The position numbers and the translations under genes were made by a program. Source: an uncultured Actinomycetota bacterium (lineage in GTDB: Bacteria; Actinomycetota; Acidimicrobiia; Acidimicrobiales; Bog-793). From it: a DNA stretch of 64,000 bases. The stretch is from contig CAVVDX010000001.1 of the NCBI GenBank assembly GCA_963747085.1, forward strand, positions 1,131,987 to 1,195,986, read 5' to 3'. The notes under the pieces were generated by a model. It had not been told where the DNA came from. It searched no databases and worked only from the letters and a program-made list of their open reading frames with translations. Below are positions 40,544 to 48,692 of this stretch, piece by piece. The stretch's first letter is position 1. Each line of letters opens with the position of its first letter.

Positions 40544-40634
40544 AGCCAGGCCCGGGCGCCCCACAGATCGCAGCGTCGTTGGCCTCGGAATCGACCAGGC
40601 TTCTGGCGCCGGGCTGAAAGGAGAACCGAACACC

Positions 40635-41246
40635 ATGCGTTGCCGCCGTGCACGCACCCTCGCTTCGATCGTCGCGGTTGTCGCCTTCTCGCTGCTCGCG
40701 GGCGGCTGCGGCGGCGCGGGCTCGCCGGGAGTTGCGAGCGTTGCCGCCACCTCGACGGTTCCGAGCGCTGCCGGGTCAGCCGCAACCACCTCGGGTACCC
40801 AGGCCCTGCGTGCCGCCGGACGCTGCCTCCGACAGCACGGCCTGCCCAACTTGCCAGATCCCTTCATCGCTACGTCGGGCCCGGCGCAGGGCCAGGCAGT
40901 TCTCGACAAGCAGGCCCTTCGCTCGTACCCGGAAACGGTGGTGAACCAGGCGGTCGACGTCTGCCGTGCCGCCCTCGAGAAGGCAGGGTTCCAGGGCGGT
41001 CCGAACGCGGCCGCGAGCCCTCGAGAGATCCAGAACCTGCTCGCCTTCGCCCGCTGCGTGCGCAACCACGGCATCTCGAACTTCCCCGACCCCGACAGCC
41101 AGGGCAATTTCAACTTCGCCGGTACCGGGATCAACCCGCACTCGCTCTCCCCAGCCGAGCTCCACGTCGCCAGGACCTGCCTCCCGACCTCACGCGGCGC
41201 CGTTCACGTTCCCCAACAGGACGGCACGACACGCGGCAACGGCTGA
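40635..41246 (+). CDS. Lipoprotein with two CxRxHGxxxxPDP repeats (2)
   Basis: Lipobox-like LAGGC; RCLRQHGLPNLPDP and FARCVRNHGISNFPDP; AAGGAG RBS. Confidence 0.78.
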   Translation: MRCRRARTLASIVAVVAFSLLAGGCGGAGSPGVASVAATSTVPSAAGSAATTSGTQALRAAGRCLRQHGLPNLPDPFIATSGPAQGQAVLDKQALRSYPETVVNQAVDVCRAALEKAGFQGGPNAAASPREIQNLLAFARCVRNHGISNFPDPDSQGNFNFAGTGINPHSLSPAELHVARTCLPTSRGAVHVPQQDGTTRGNG

Positions 41247-41586
41247 TCGCGGCGATCCAGCGCCGACGCAGGCCGCTCGGGCCCGGGCGCCGGCTCGTCG
41301 GCCTGGCACGTGCTCGGCCGGTCCGGCGCTGCCCGAGTGCAGCGCAGCCGCCCGCACAGCGATATGGCTCGCGCCTGTACCGCGGACGGAGGAGTACACG
41401 CCGGCGCGCCTCGGGTAGTGGGGCGTACGGTGACGGCCAGATGACGGTTTCCTCGTGGATGATCGATGTGGACACGCCGCTGCGCGCCACCAGCGAGGAG
41501 GCGTTCGAGCCTGTCGAGGTGATGCTGCTGGCGGGTTGGCGCGAGGCGGGGACGCGATGAGCGCGGGCGAGCGAGATGGGGACGTC

Positions 41587-42435
41587 ATGAGCGCCGGGGC
41601 GCGCGGCGGGCTCGCCGGCATGTTGCTCACGGGCGGGCGAAGCTCGCGGATGGGACGGGACAAGGCGACGATGCCCTGGGTACCGCCGGCGCCGACTTCG
41701 TCGACGCCCCGGGTGCCGCAGCCGGCGGCGTCGCCGTCGAAGCCGCCGCCGGCCGGCGCCGCGGTGGGGCCGGGCGAGCCCACGACGTGGTCCGCCCGGG
41801 CGGCGGCGCTGCTCGCCGCGGTGGCCGCCCCGGTGATCGAGGTCGGGCCCGGCAGCTCGGGCCTGCTCGCGGTCCGCGACGAGCATCCGGGCGAGGGGCC
41901 GCTGCTCGCGGTGGTCACCGGCTGGCGGCAGCTGCGCCGGATCGGATCGGAGCTGCCGGCGCTGGTGCTCGGCTGTGACCTGCCGCTGCTCTCCGCGGGC
42001 GCGCTGCGCCGGCTCGCCGCGTGGCCGGGGGACGGAAGCGCCGTGCCGGTGCTCGAGGGCCGCCCGCAGTGGTGCTGCGCCCGCTACTCCAACGCCTGCC
42101 TGCAGCGCGCCGCCGAGCTCGCCGCCGAGGGGCGGCGTGACCTGCGTGCCCTGGGCGAGGCGGCCGAGGGCGACGGGGGCGGCATCGCCTGGCTCGGCCC
42201 GGACGAGCTCGGAGCCGAGCTCGCGACGCTCGCCGACGCCGACTCCCCCGAGGACCTGGCCGCCCTCGGCCTCGAGCTCGCCGGTACCGCACCAGCCGCC
42301 GGCGCGGGAAGCGGCGGTGGCGCGGACTGGGGCCGGGCGAGCGCGGGACGGCTGACACTCGGGTCGGGGCTGTCGCTGCAGCTCGACCTCGGCTTGGATC
42401 TCGGACCGCTCGGCTTCGGTACCGTTTCGCCATGA
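41587..42435 (+). CDS. mobA: Molybdenum cofactor guanylyltransferase with Pro-rich insertion
   Basis: LLTGGRSSRMGRDKA, GEGPL, GCDLP, DADSPEDL. Confidence 0.82.
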   Translation: MSAGARGGLAGMLLTGGRSSRMGRDKATMPWVPPAPTSSTPRVPQPAASPSKPPPAGAAVGPGEPTTWSARAAALLAAVAAPVIEVGPGSSGLLAVRDEHPGEGPLLAVVTGWRQLRRIGSELPALVLGCDLPLLSAGALRRLAAWPGDGSAVPVLEGRPQWCCARYSNACLQRAAELAAEGRRDLRALGEAAEGDGGGIAWLGPDELGAELATLADADSPEDLAALGLELAGTAPAAGAGSGGGADWGRASAGRLTLGSGLSLQLDLGLDLGPLGFGTVSP

Positions 42436-43448
42436 CGGTGCGGCCGCCGGCGGAGTCGGGGCGGTCGCCGGGCGGCCCCGCGCCGGCGCAGGTCGAGGCG
42501 CCGCTGCCGGCGGAGAAGTCGGGGCCGCCGGCGGAGGCTGGACTGTCGCCGGTTGACCCGATGGCGATCGGCGTGGTGCAGGCAGACGGCCACGCCCGCA
42601 CCGTCTCGACGCGGGTGCTGGCGCTGCGCGACGGGGGAGCCACGTTGCGCCCGGAGACGCTCGTCGGCGAGGAACCGCTCGAGATCCGCGTCGCCGCGGC
42701 GGGAGGCGAGCCCGAGGCGATCGGCGTGACGATGCGCACCCCGGGCAACGACTTCGAGCTGGCGGCGGGGTTCCTGTTGACCGAGGGCATCGTGGAACAG
42801 GCGTCCGCGCTGCGCCGCGTCCGCTACTGCGTCCTCGGCAAGGGCGAGGAGCAGCGCTACAACGTCGTCACCGTCGAAGTCGACGATCCGGTCGAGCTCG
42901 ACGGGCGGCGGCGCGCCCTGGCGATGAACGCCAGCTGCGGGCTGTGCGGGACGGCGAGCCTGGAGCAGCTCGAGCGCCGTTGCGCCGCGGTGGCGCCCGG
43001 TCCTGTGGTGCCTGCCGAGGTGCTGCTCGGCCTGCCCGACGAGCTGCGCCGCGCCCAAGCCGTCTTCGAGCGCACGGGCGGGCTGCACGCCGCCGGGTTG
43101 TTCGACGCCGAGGGGAAGCTGCTCGCCGTCCGCGAGGACATCGGCCGGCACAACGCCGTCGACAAGCTGATCGGATGGGCTGCGCTGCAGCGCCGGCTGC
43201 CGCTCTCCCGCGAGGTGCTCGTCGTCTCGGGCCGGCTCAGCTTCGAGATCGTGCAGAAGGCCGCCGTGGCCGGCATCCCGATCCTCGTCGCTGTCTCGGC
43301 GCCCTCGAGCCTTGCGGTGGCAACCGCGACGAGGCTGTCGCTGACGCTGCTCGCCTTCGCGCGCGAGGGGCGCGGAAATTGCTACACGGGTGCGGAGCGG
43401 ATCGCGGTATCTCGATCGGTATTACCAGGTTCTACTTTGCGGGCGTGA
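42432..43448 (+). CDS. fdhD: Formate dehydrogenase accessory sulfurtransferase
   Basis: EEPLEI, TMRTPG, SCGLCG, TGGLHAA, REDIGRHNAVDK, SAPSSLA. Confidence 0.95.
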   Translation: MTVRPPAESGRSPGGPAPAQVEAPLPAEKSGPPAEAGLSPVDPMAIGVVQADGHARTVSTRVLALRDGGATLRPETLVGEEPLEIRVAAAGGEPEAIGVTMRTPGNDFELAAGFLLTEGIVEQASALRRVRYCVLGKGEEQRYNVVTVEVDDPVELDGRRRALAMNASCGLCGTASLEQLERRCAAVAPGPVVPAEVLLGLPDELRRAQAVFERTGGLHAAGLFDAEGKLLAVREDIGRHNAVDKLIGWAALQRRLPLSREVLVVSGRLSFEIVQKAAVAGIPILVAVSAPSSLAVATATRLSLTLLAFAREGRGNCYTGAERIAVSRSVLPGSTLRA

Positions 43449-43691
43449 AAACCGCTATCTCGCTGCCGGACGAGACCTTCGAACGCGCCACGACTCGGGC
43501 AGCCGAGCTCGGGATGAGCAGGTCACAGCTGTTCCCGGTCGCTGTGACGCGCCACCTGGACGAGCTCGAGGACGAGGTGGTCACGGGCCAGATCGACGCC
43601 GCTCCCGAGGCCCGCAGGCGACGACGACTCGTGGCGGGACGCTGTGCAAGCCGGGCGACGCCGGCTCGCCAGCGAACCCGGCGACTGGTGA
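43445..43691 (+). pseudogene. MazE6/ChpI-like ribbon-helix-helix antitoxin, frameshift near 43610
   Basis: MKTAISLPDETFERATTRAAELGMSRSQLF...TGQIDAA closely resembles M. tuberculosis MazE6; shifted frame ends EPGDW*. Confidence 0.75.
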
Positions 43692-43837
43692 TCGCCCAGC
43701 GGCCTGACGGACTCGGTGCCGAACGTCACGGCGGTGGCGACGGTGGACAACAGCGACCTCGACGGGCCGGTCGGCCGGCTGCCCGCCGCGCTCATGGCAC
43801 AGGTCGACGCCGGCTGCGGCGTGTGCTCGGACTGTGA
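43688..43837 (+). pseudogene. MazF/PemK toxin remnant with large internal deletion
   Basis: GTGA-coupled start VIAQ joined directly to SGL-DSVPNVTAVATVD...GRLPAALMAQVDAG(L)RRVLGL*; the catalytic N-terminal region is absent. Confidence 0.75.
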
Positions 43838-43985
43838 GCCGCTCGCCGATCCGGCACGCAACGATCGACGTTCGTGCGCGACGGGCGCGGCCAGTTGCTC
43901 CACACGTGCGGGGCGGCTCGCGGAGCACTTGGTCGACAACCGCGACCGGTAGCCGCCGCTGAGGACGCCATCGCCATAGCGCTGG

Positions 43986-44336
43986 CTATGCCCCAAGGGC
44001 CTTGCGCACCGCCGCCAGGCGGGTGGGCTCGACCCGCCACCAGACCCAGCGGCCGCGCTTCTCGCCCACGATCAACCCGGCCTCGGCCAGCACCTTGGTG
44101 TGGTGCGACACGGTCGGCTGGCTGCGGCGCAACGGCGCCTCGAGATCGCACGAGCACACCTCCACCCGGGACGCGACGAGCGAGAGCAAGCGGAGCCGCA
44201 CCGGGTCGGCGAGCGCCCCGAGCACGCTGGCCAGCTCGCTCGCCTCGTCCTCGTCGAGCGGGGCGTCGACGAGCGACGCGCAGCACAGGCCTTCCTCGGC
44301 CGGGCCTCCTGCTCGTTCGGGCTTCCTGCTCGTCAT
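43986..44336 (-). CDS. arsR: ArsR/SmtB family arsenic-responsive repressor
   Basis: N-terminal CC, ALADPVRL, EVCSCDL, SQPTVSHH; divergent from arsI. Confidence 0.88.
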   Translation of the reverse strand: MTSRKPERAGGPAEEGLCCASLVDAPLDEDEASELASVLGALADPVRLRLLSLVASRVEVCSCDLEAPLRRSQPTVSHHTKVLAEAGLIVGEKRGRWVWWRVEPTRLAAVRKALGA

Positions 44337-44352
44337 GGGCGGACCTGTCGGG

Positions 44353-44406
44353 AGATTGACATTCGTCGATATGTAGTCCACACTGAACATCGATCAGCGT
44401 CAATCT
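44353..44406. promoter_or_regulatory. Paired ArsR operator boxes in the divergent promoter
   Basis: ATTGACATTCGTCGATAT and ACATCGATCAGCGTCAAT; outer AGATTGAC/GTCAATCT inverted repeat. Confidence 0.65.
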
Positions 44407-44421
44407 AACAGGAGGCGACTC

Positions 44422-44889
44422 GTGTCGCGTGTCCAGCTGGCCCTCAACGTGAGTGAGCTCGAGCCCGCCATCGAGTTCTACAGCAAGCTGTTCGGCGCCG
44501 AGCCGGCCAAGGTCCGTCCCGGCTACGCCAACTTCGCCATCGCCGACCCGCCCCTCAAGCTCGTGCTGATCGAGGAGGCGACGAAGGCACCGGGCACGCT
44601 CAACCACCTCGGCGTCGAGGTGGCGAGCACCGAGGAGGTCGCCGCGGCGACGAAGCGCCTGTCGGCGGCCGGTCTTGCCACGGCGGTGGAGGACGAGGTC
44701 GAGTGCTGCTACGCGCTGCAGGACAAGGTCTGGGTCGACGGCCCCGGCGGGGAGCCGTGGGAGATCTACACCGTGCTCGCCGACGCCGAGATGCCGGCGG
44801 GGCACTTGCGCAGCGAGGAGCCCACCGGCACGGCGTGCTGCGCGAGCCGGCCGGACCGCGCTGCGTCGTCCGAGTCGAGCTGCTGCTGA
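44422..44889 (+). CDS. arsI: ArsI/CadI family VOC metalloenzyme (C-As lyase-like)
   Basis: SRVQLALNV, PGYANFAI, LNHLGVEV, CCYALQDKVWV, WEIY; Cys pairs at the C-terminus. Confidence 0.88.
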   Translation: MSRVQLALNVSELEPAIEFYSKLFGAEPAKVRPGYANFAIADPPLKLVLIEEATKAPGTLNHLGVEVASTEEVAAATKRLSAAGLATAVEDEVECCYALQDKVWVDGPGGEPWEIYTVLADAEMPAGHLRSEEPTGTACCASRPDRAASSESSCC

Positions 44890-44925
44890 GCGGCCGGCGC
44901 CGCGACCTCGAGGGGACAGTCGATC

Positions 44926-45750
44926 GTGGCAACTGCCGAGCAACCGCTGTGGCGGCGGCTCTTCGCCGAGCTGCTCGGCAGCGCCTTCCTGGCAGCCGTC
45001 GTCATCGGCTCGGGCATCGCCGCCCAGCAACTCTCGCCGGGCAACATCGGGCTCGAGCTGCTGGAGAACGCCGCGGCGACGGCCGCCGGGTTGTTCGTCA
45101 TCATCCTCATGTTCGGGCCGATCTCGGGGGCGCACTTCAACCCCGTCGTCTCGTTCGTCGACGCCAGCTTCGGCGGTCTGTCGTGGCGCGACGCCGCGGC
45201 GTACCTGCCCGCCCAGGTGGCGGGCTGCATCGGTGGGGCCGTCGTCGCCAACCTGATGTTCAGCACGGCCGCGATCAGCATCTCGACCAAGCACCGCGCC
45301 TCGGCAGCGCACTTCCTCTCCGAGGTCGTGGCGACCCTCGGGCTGCTGCTCGTCATCTTCGCCCTCGCCCGCACGGGTCGCGGCCGCTCCGCTCCGGCCG
45401 CGGTCGGCGCGTACATCGGCGCGGCGTACTTCTTCACGAGCTCGACCAGCTTCGCCAACCCGGCGATCGCCGTCGGGCGCATGTTCTCGGACACCTTCGC
45501 CGGCATCGCCCCGTCCTCGGTCCCGCTCTTCGTCGGCGCCGAGGTCCTCGGCGGGATCGTCGCCGTGGCGGTGATCCGGGCGCTCTACCCCCATGTCAGC
45601 GCTGCCCAGGCAGCAGAGGTGGTCGTCCCCCACCACCTCCTCGACGGCCAGCACGCCGCGACGGCGACCGCCGTTCGTCCCGTGGAGCAAGACGGCGACG
45701 CCAGCAGACCGACAGCCCTCGACCAGCCGGTCCGTCCAGGACCGGCTTGA
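44926..45750 (+). CDS. MIP/aquaporin family channel (AqpS-like)
   Basis: SGAHFNPVV and FTSSTSFANPA motifs. Confidence 0.88.
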   Translation: MATAEQPLWRRLFAELLGSAFLAAVVIGSGIAAQQLSPGNIGLELLENAAATAAGLFVIILMFGPISGAHFNPVVSFVDASFGGLSWRDAAAYLPAQVAGCIGGAVVANLMFSTAAISISTKHRASAAHFLSEVVATLGLLLVIFALARTGRGRSAPAAVGAYIGAAYFFTSSTSFANPAIAVGRMFSDTFAGIAPSSVPLFVGAEVLGGIVAVAVIRALYPHVSAAQAAEVVVPHHLLDGQHAATATAVRPVEQDGDASRPTALDQPVRPGPA

Positions 45751-45765
45751 CGCAAGGAGGCACAG

Positions 45766-47169
45766 GTGCACCTCGTGGCAATCGGAGGTAGCGACGCCGG
45801 CATCAGCGCGGCGCTGCGCGCCCGAGAGCTCGACCCGGGGGCCGAGGTGACCGTCGTCGTCGCCGACCGCTACCCCAACTTCTCGATCTGCGGCATTCCC
45901 TACTACGTCGCCGGAGAGGTGCGTCCCTGGCAGAGCCTGGCGCATCGCAGCATCGCCGACCTCGAGGCGACCGGCATGAACCTGCGCCTCGACACCGTGG
46001 CGCGACGGATCGACGCCGGTGGGCACAAGCTGCTCGTCACCGACGCCGACGGCCACGAGGAGCTGCTCGCCTACGACGCTGTCGTCGTCGGCACCGGGGC
46101 GCTGCCGGTTCGCCCGCCGATCGCCGGCCTGAGCGGCCCCGAGGCCCTCGCCCCGGCCGACGGTGTGCACCTACTGCATTCGATGGGCGACACCTTCGAG
46201 CTGATGGCCACGCTCGAGCAAGCCTCGCCCAGCAAGGCCGTGATCGTCGGCGCCGGTTACATCGGCCTCGAGATGGCCGAGGCGCTGACCGCCCGCGGCC
46301 TCTCGGTGACCCAGATCGAGCAGCTCCCCGAGGTGCTCCCGACCGTGGATCCCGAGCTCGGCGCTCTCGTGCACGCGCAGCTCAGCACCGCCGGCGTCGA
46401 CGTGCGCACCGGCACGGCCGTGACGGCGATCACACGGGCGCCGGCCGGCGCCTCGGCGCGCCTCGAGGTGCACGCCGAGGACGAGCGCGGCGAGCACACG
46501 CATCCCGCCGATGTCGTCCTCGTCGTCGTCGGCGTGCGTCCCGACAGCGAGCTCGCCGCCTCGGGCGGGGTCGTCCTCGGCGCGCGCGGCGCGATCCTCG
46601 TCGACCGCGAGATGCGCACGAACCTGCCCGACGTGCTCGCCGCCGGCGACTGCGTGACCACCCACCATCGCCTGCTCGGCCTCACCTACCTGCCCCTCGG
46701 CACGACGGCCCACAAGCAAGGGCGGATCGCCGGCGAGAACGCCCTCGGCGGGACCCGCCCCTTCGCCGGGATCCTCGGTACCCAGGTCGTCAAGGTCTTC
46801 GAGACCGCCGTGGCGCGCACCGGCCTTCGCGACCACGAGGCGCGAGCCGCGGGGTTCGACCCGGTGACCGTCGGCTCGGAGGCCGACGACCACAAGGCGT
46901 ACTACCCGGGCAGCCACCGCATCGCCATGCGCTTCACCGGGGACCGGGCGAGCGGCCGCCTGCTCGGCGTGCAGCTCTTCGGGCACCGCCATGCCGAGAT
47001 CGCCAAACGCATCGACATCGTCGCCACGGCGATCTTCCACGACACGCTTGTCGAAGGGCTGAACGAGCTGGACCTCTCGTACACGCCGCCGCTCGGATCG
47101 CCTTGGGACGCGCTGCAGTACGGTGCGCAAAGCTGGGTGAGAGAGACCCAGCGCCTGGCGCATGCGTAA
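45766..47169 (+). CDS. FAD-dependent CoA-disulfide reductase / NADH oxidase family protein
   Basis: IGGSDAG, SICGIPYY redox Cys, GAGYIG, AAGDC, DLSYTPP. Confidence 0.9.
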   Translation: MHLVAIGGSDAGISAALRARELDPGAEVTVVVADRYPNFSICGIPYYVAGEVRPWQSLAHRSIADLEATGMNLRLDTVARRIDAGGHKLLVTDADGHEELLAYDAVVVGTGALPVRPPIAGLSGPEALAPADGVHLLHSMGDTFELMATLEQASPSKAVIVGAGYIGLEMAEALTARGLSVTQIEQLPEVLPTVDPELGALVHAQLSTAGVDVRTGTAVTAITRAPAGASARLEVHAEDERGEHTHPADVVLVVVGVRPDSELAASGGVVLGARGAILVDREMRTNLPDVLAAGDCVTTHHRLLGLTYLPLGTTAHKQGRIAGENALGGTRPFAGILGTQVVKVFETAVARTGLRDHEARAAGFDPVTVGSEADDHKAYYPGSHRIAMRFTGDRASGRLLGVQLFGHRHAEIAKRIDIVATAIFHDTLVEGLNELDLSYTPPLGSPWDALQYGAQSWVRETQRLAHA

Positions 47170-47206
47170 AACGTTCCTGCCGTTGCAACGAGGAGGAGGG
47201 GGACTC

Positions 47207-48337
47207 ATGAGGATGCGACTTTCAGCTCTCGAGCAGCGAACGGTGCTGCTCGTCGCGCTCGCCGGAGGAGCTGCGGTCCTTGCAGGTGTCGGCTCGGCGC
47301 CGCTGGCAGCGCAGGGGCGCGGCAGGCTCGCCCCCGCCCAGTCGCCGGCGGGCTCGGTGCAGCTCTCGGGAGCGGGCTCGACCTTCGACGCGCCCTTCTT
47401 CGACGCGGCCTTCCCCATCTACCACCAATTGCATCCGAGCGTCTCGGTCACCTACGCGGCGGTCGGGAGCAGCCTCGGGATCAAGCGCTTCTCGGCCGGG
47501 TCGGTCGACTTCGGCGCGTCCGACGTGCCGATGACCGCGGCGGAGCAATCGGCCGCGCAGGGCGGCCCCGTCGTCCAGGTGCCTGTCGTGCTCGGAGGCG
47601 TGGTCCTCGCCTACAACCTCGACGACCCCGAGATCAGCACCGGTCTGCACCTTTCCGGTCCCGTCATCGCCAACATCTACCTCGGGGGGATCAACAACTG
47701 GGACGACCCGGCGATCGCGGCGTTGAACCCGGGGCTGTCATTGCCCAACCTGCCGATCGTCCCGGTACACCGCATGGACGGCAGCGGGACGACCTACATC
47801 TTCACCAACTTCCTCTCCACGGTCTCAGAGCCCTGGGCGAACGGACCGGGGACGAACAAGTCGATCAGCTGGCCGGTCGGCATCGCCGGGAAGGGCAACG
47901 AGGGCGTCTACCCGTTGATCGCCCGCGTCCCGGGAGCGATCGGCTACCTCGAGCTGTCCTACGCGGCGAGCCACGAGCTGCCGACCGCATCGGTGGAGAA
48001 CCGCGCCGGCCACTTCGTCTACCCGACCTTCACGGCGATCGCCGACGCCGCGGCCATGAAGCCGCAGATCTCCTCGACGGACTTCTCCATCGTGAACCAG
48101 CCGGGAGCCAACAGCTACCCGATAGTCGGTTACAGCTGGATGCTGCTCAGCGAGCACCAACGAAGCGCCGCAGTCGGCGGTGCGCTGGCCAACCTTGGCG
48201 AGTGGCTCTCGCACAGCGGCCAGGCCGCGGCGGCAGCCAACTCCTACGTGCCGCTCCCGGCGAACATCCGCGCCCTGGCCCAGCGCACCGTCGAACGGCT
48301 CGTCGGACCTTCGGGTGAGCGCCTGCTCGGCTCGTGA
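47207..48337 (+). CDS. pstS: Phosphate ABC transporter substrate-binding protein (solitary)
   Basis: GAGSTF, DFGASD, HRMDGSGTT, GAIGY, YPI; GGAGG RBS; alternative ATG at 47162. Confidence 0.92.
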   Translation: MRMRLSALEQRTVLLVALAGGAAVLAGVGSAPLAAQGRGRLAPAQSPAGSVQLSGAGSTFDAPFFDAAFPIYHQLHPSVSVTYAAVGSSLGIKRFSAGSVDFGASDVPMTAAEQSAAQGGPVVQVPVVLGGVVLAYNLDDPEISTGLHLSGPVIANIYLGGINNWDDPAIAALNPGLSLPNLPIVPVHRMDGSGTTYIFTNFLSTVSEPWANGPGTNKSISWPVGIAGKGNEGVYPLIARVPGAIGYLELSYAASHELPTASVENRAGHFVYPTFTAIADAAAMKPQISSTDFSIVNQPGANSYPIVGYSWMLLSEHQRSAAVGGALANLGEWLSHSGQAAAAANSYVPLPANIRALAQRTVERLVGPSGERLLGS

Positions 48338-48449
48338 AGATCCGCGGCGGCCCCTGAAGCTCCACGGCCGTCCGGCTCCGAAGCGATCGGGGCCTACGAC
48401 TCTGGCCCGCAGACGCTCGGCGGACGACGATCGCATCATCCGCGGCGTC

Positions 48450-48650
48450 GCTCGCGTATCTTGCCGCTGGGATTACAGGTCTCTGGGGAATCGCCCACAT
48501 CGTGCCGAACGCGGCACGTCGTGGCGTCCTTCGAACCGATCTCGACGGACAACCGCCGGATCGTGTTCCAGGCGTGGGCCGGCGAAGCGCTCACCATGTG
48601 GGGGATCGCCGTGCTCGTGATCGTCGTGACCGCGATATCCGGGATCCGGC
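48450..48650 (+). pseudogene. Fragment of a small membrane protein
   Basis: LAYLAAGITGLWGIAHIVP / HVVASFEPISTDNRRIVFQAWAGEALTMWGIAVLVIVVTAISG across a frameshift; no clear start or end. Confidence 0.35.
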
Positions 48651-48692
48651 GTCCCACCGCAGTCGGGCGCGATGGCGAGGCGGCCGGCCCTT

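Noticed and set aside
41441-41560. 39-aa ORF MTVSSWMIDVD...AGTR upstream of mobA
   Set aside because: No recognisable motif or clear RBS; cannot be supported.
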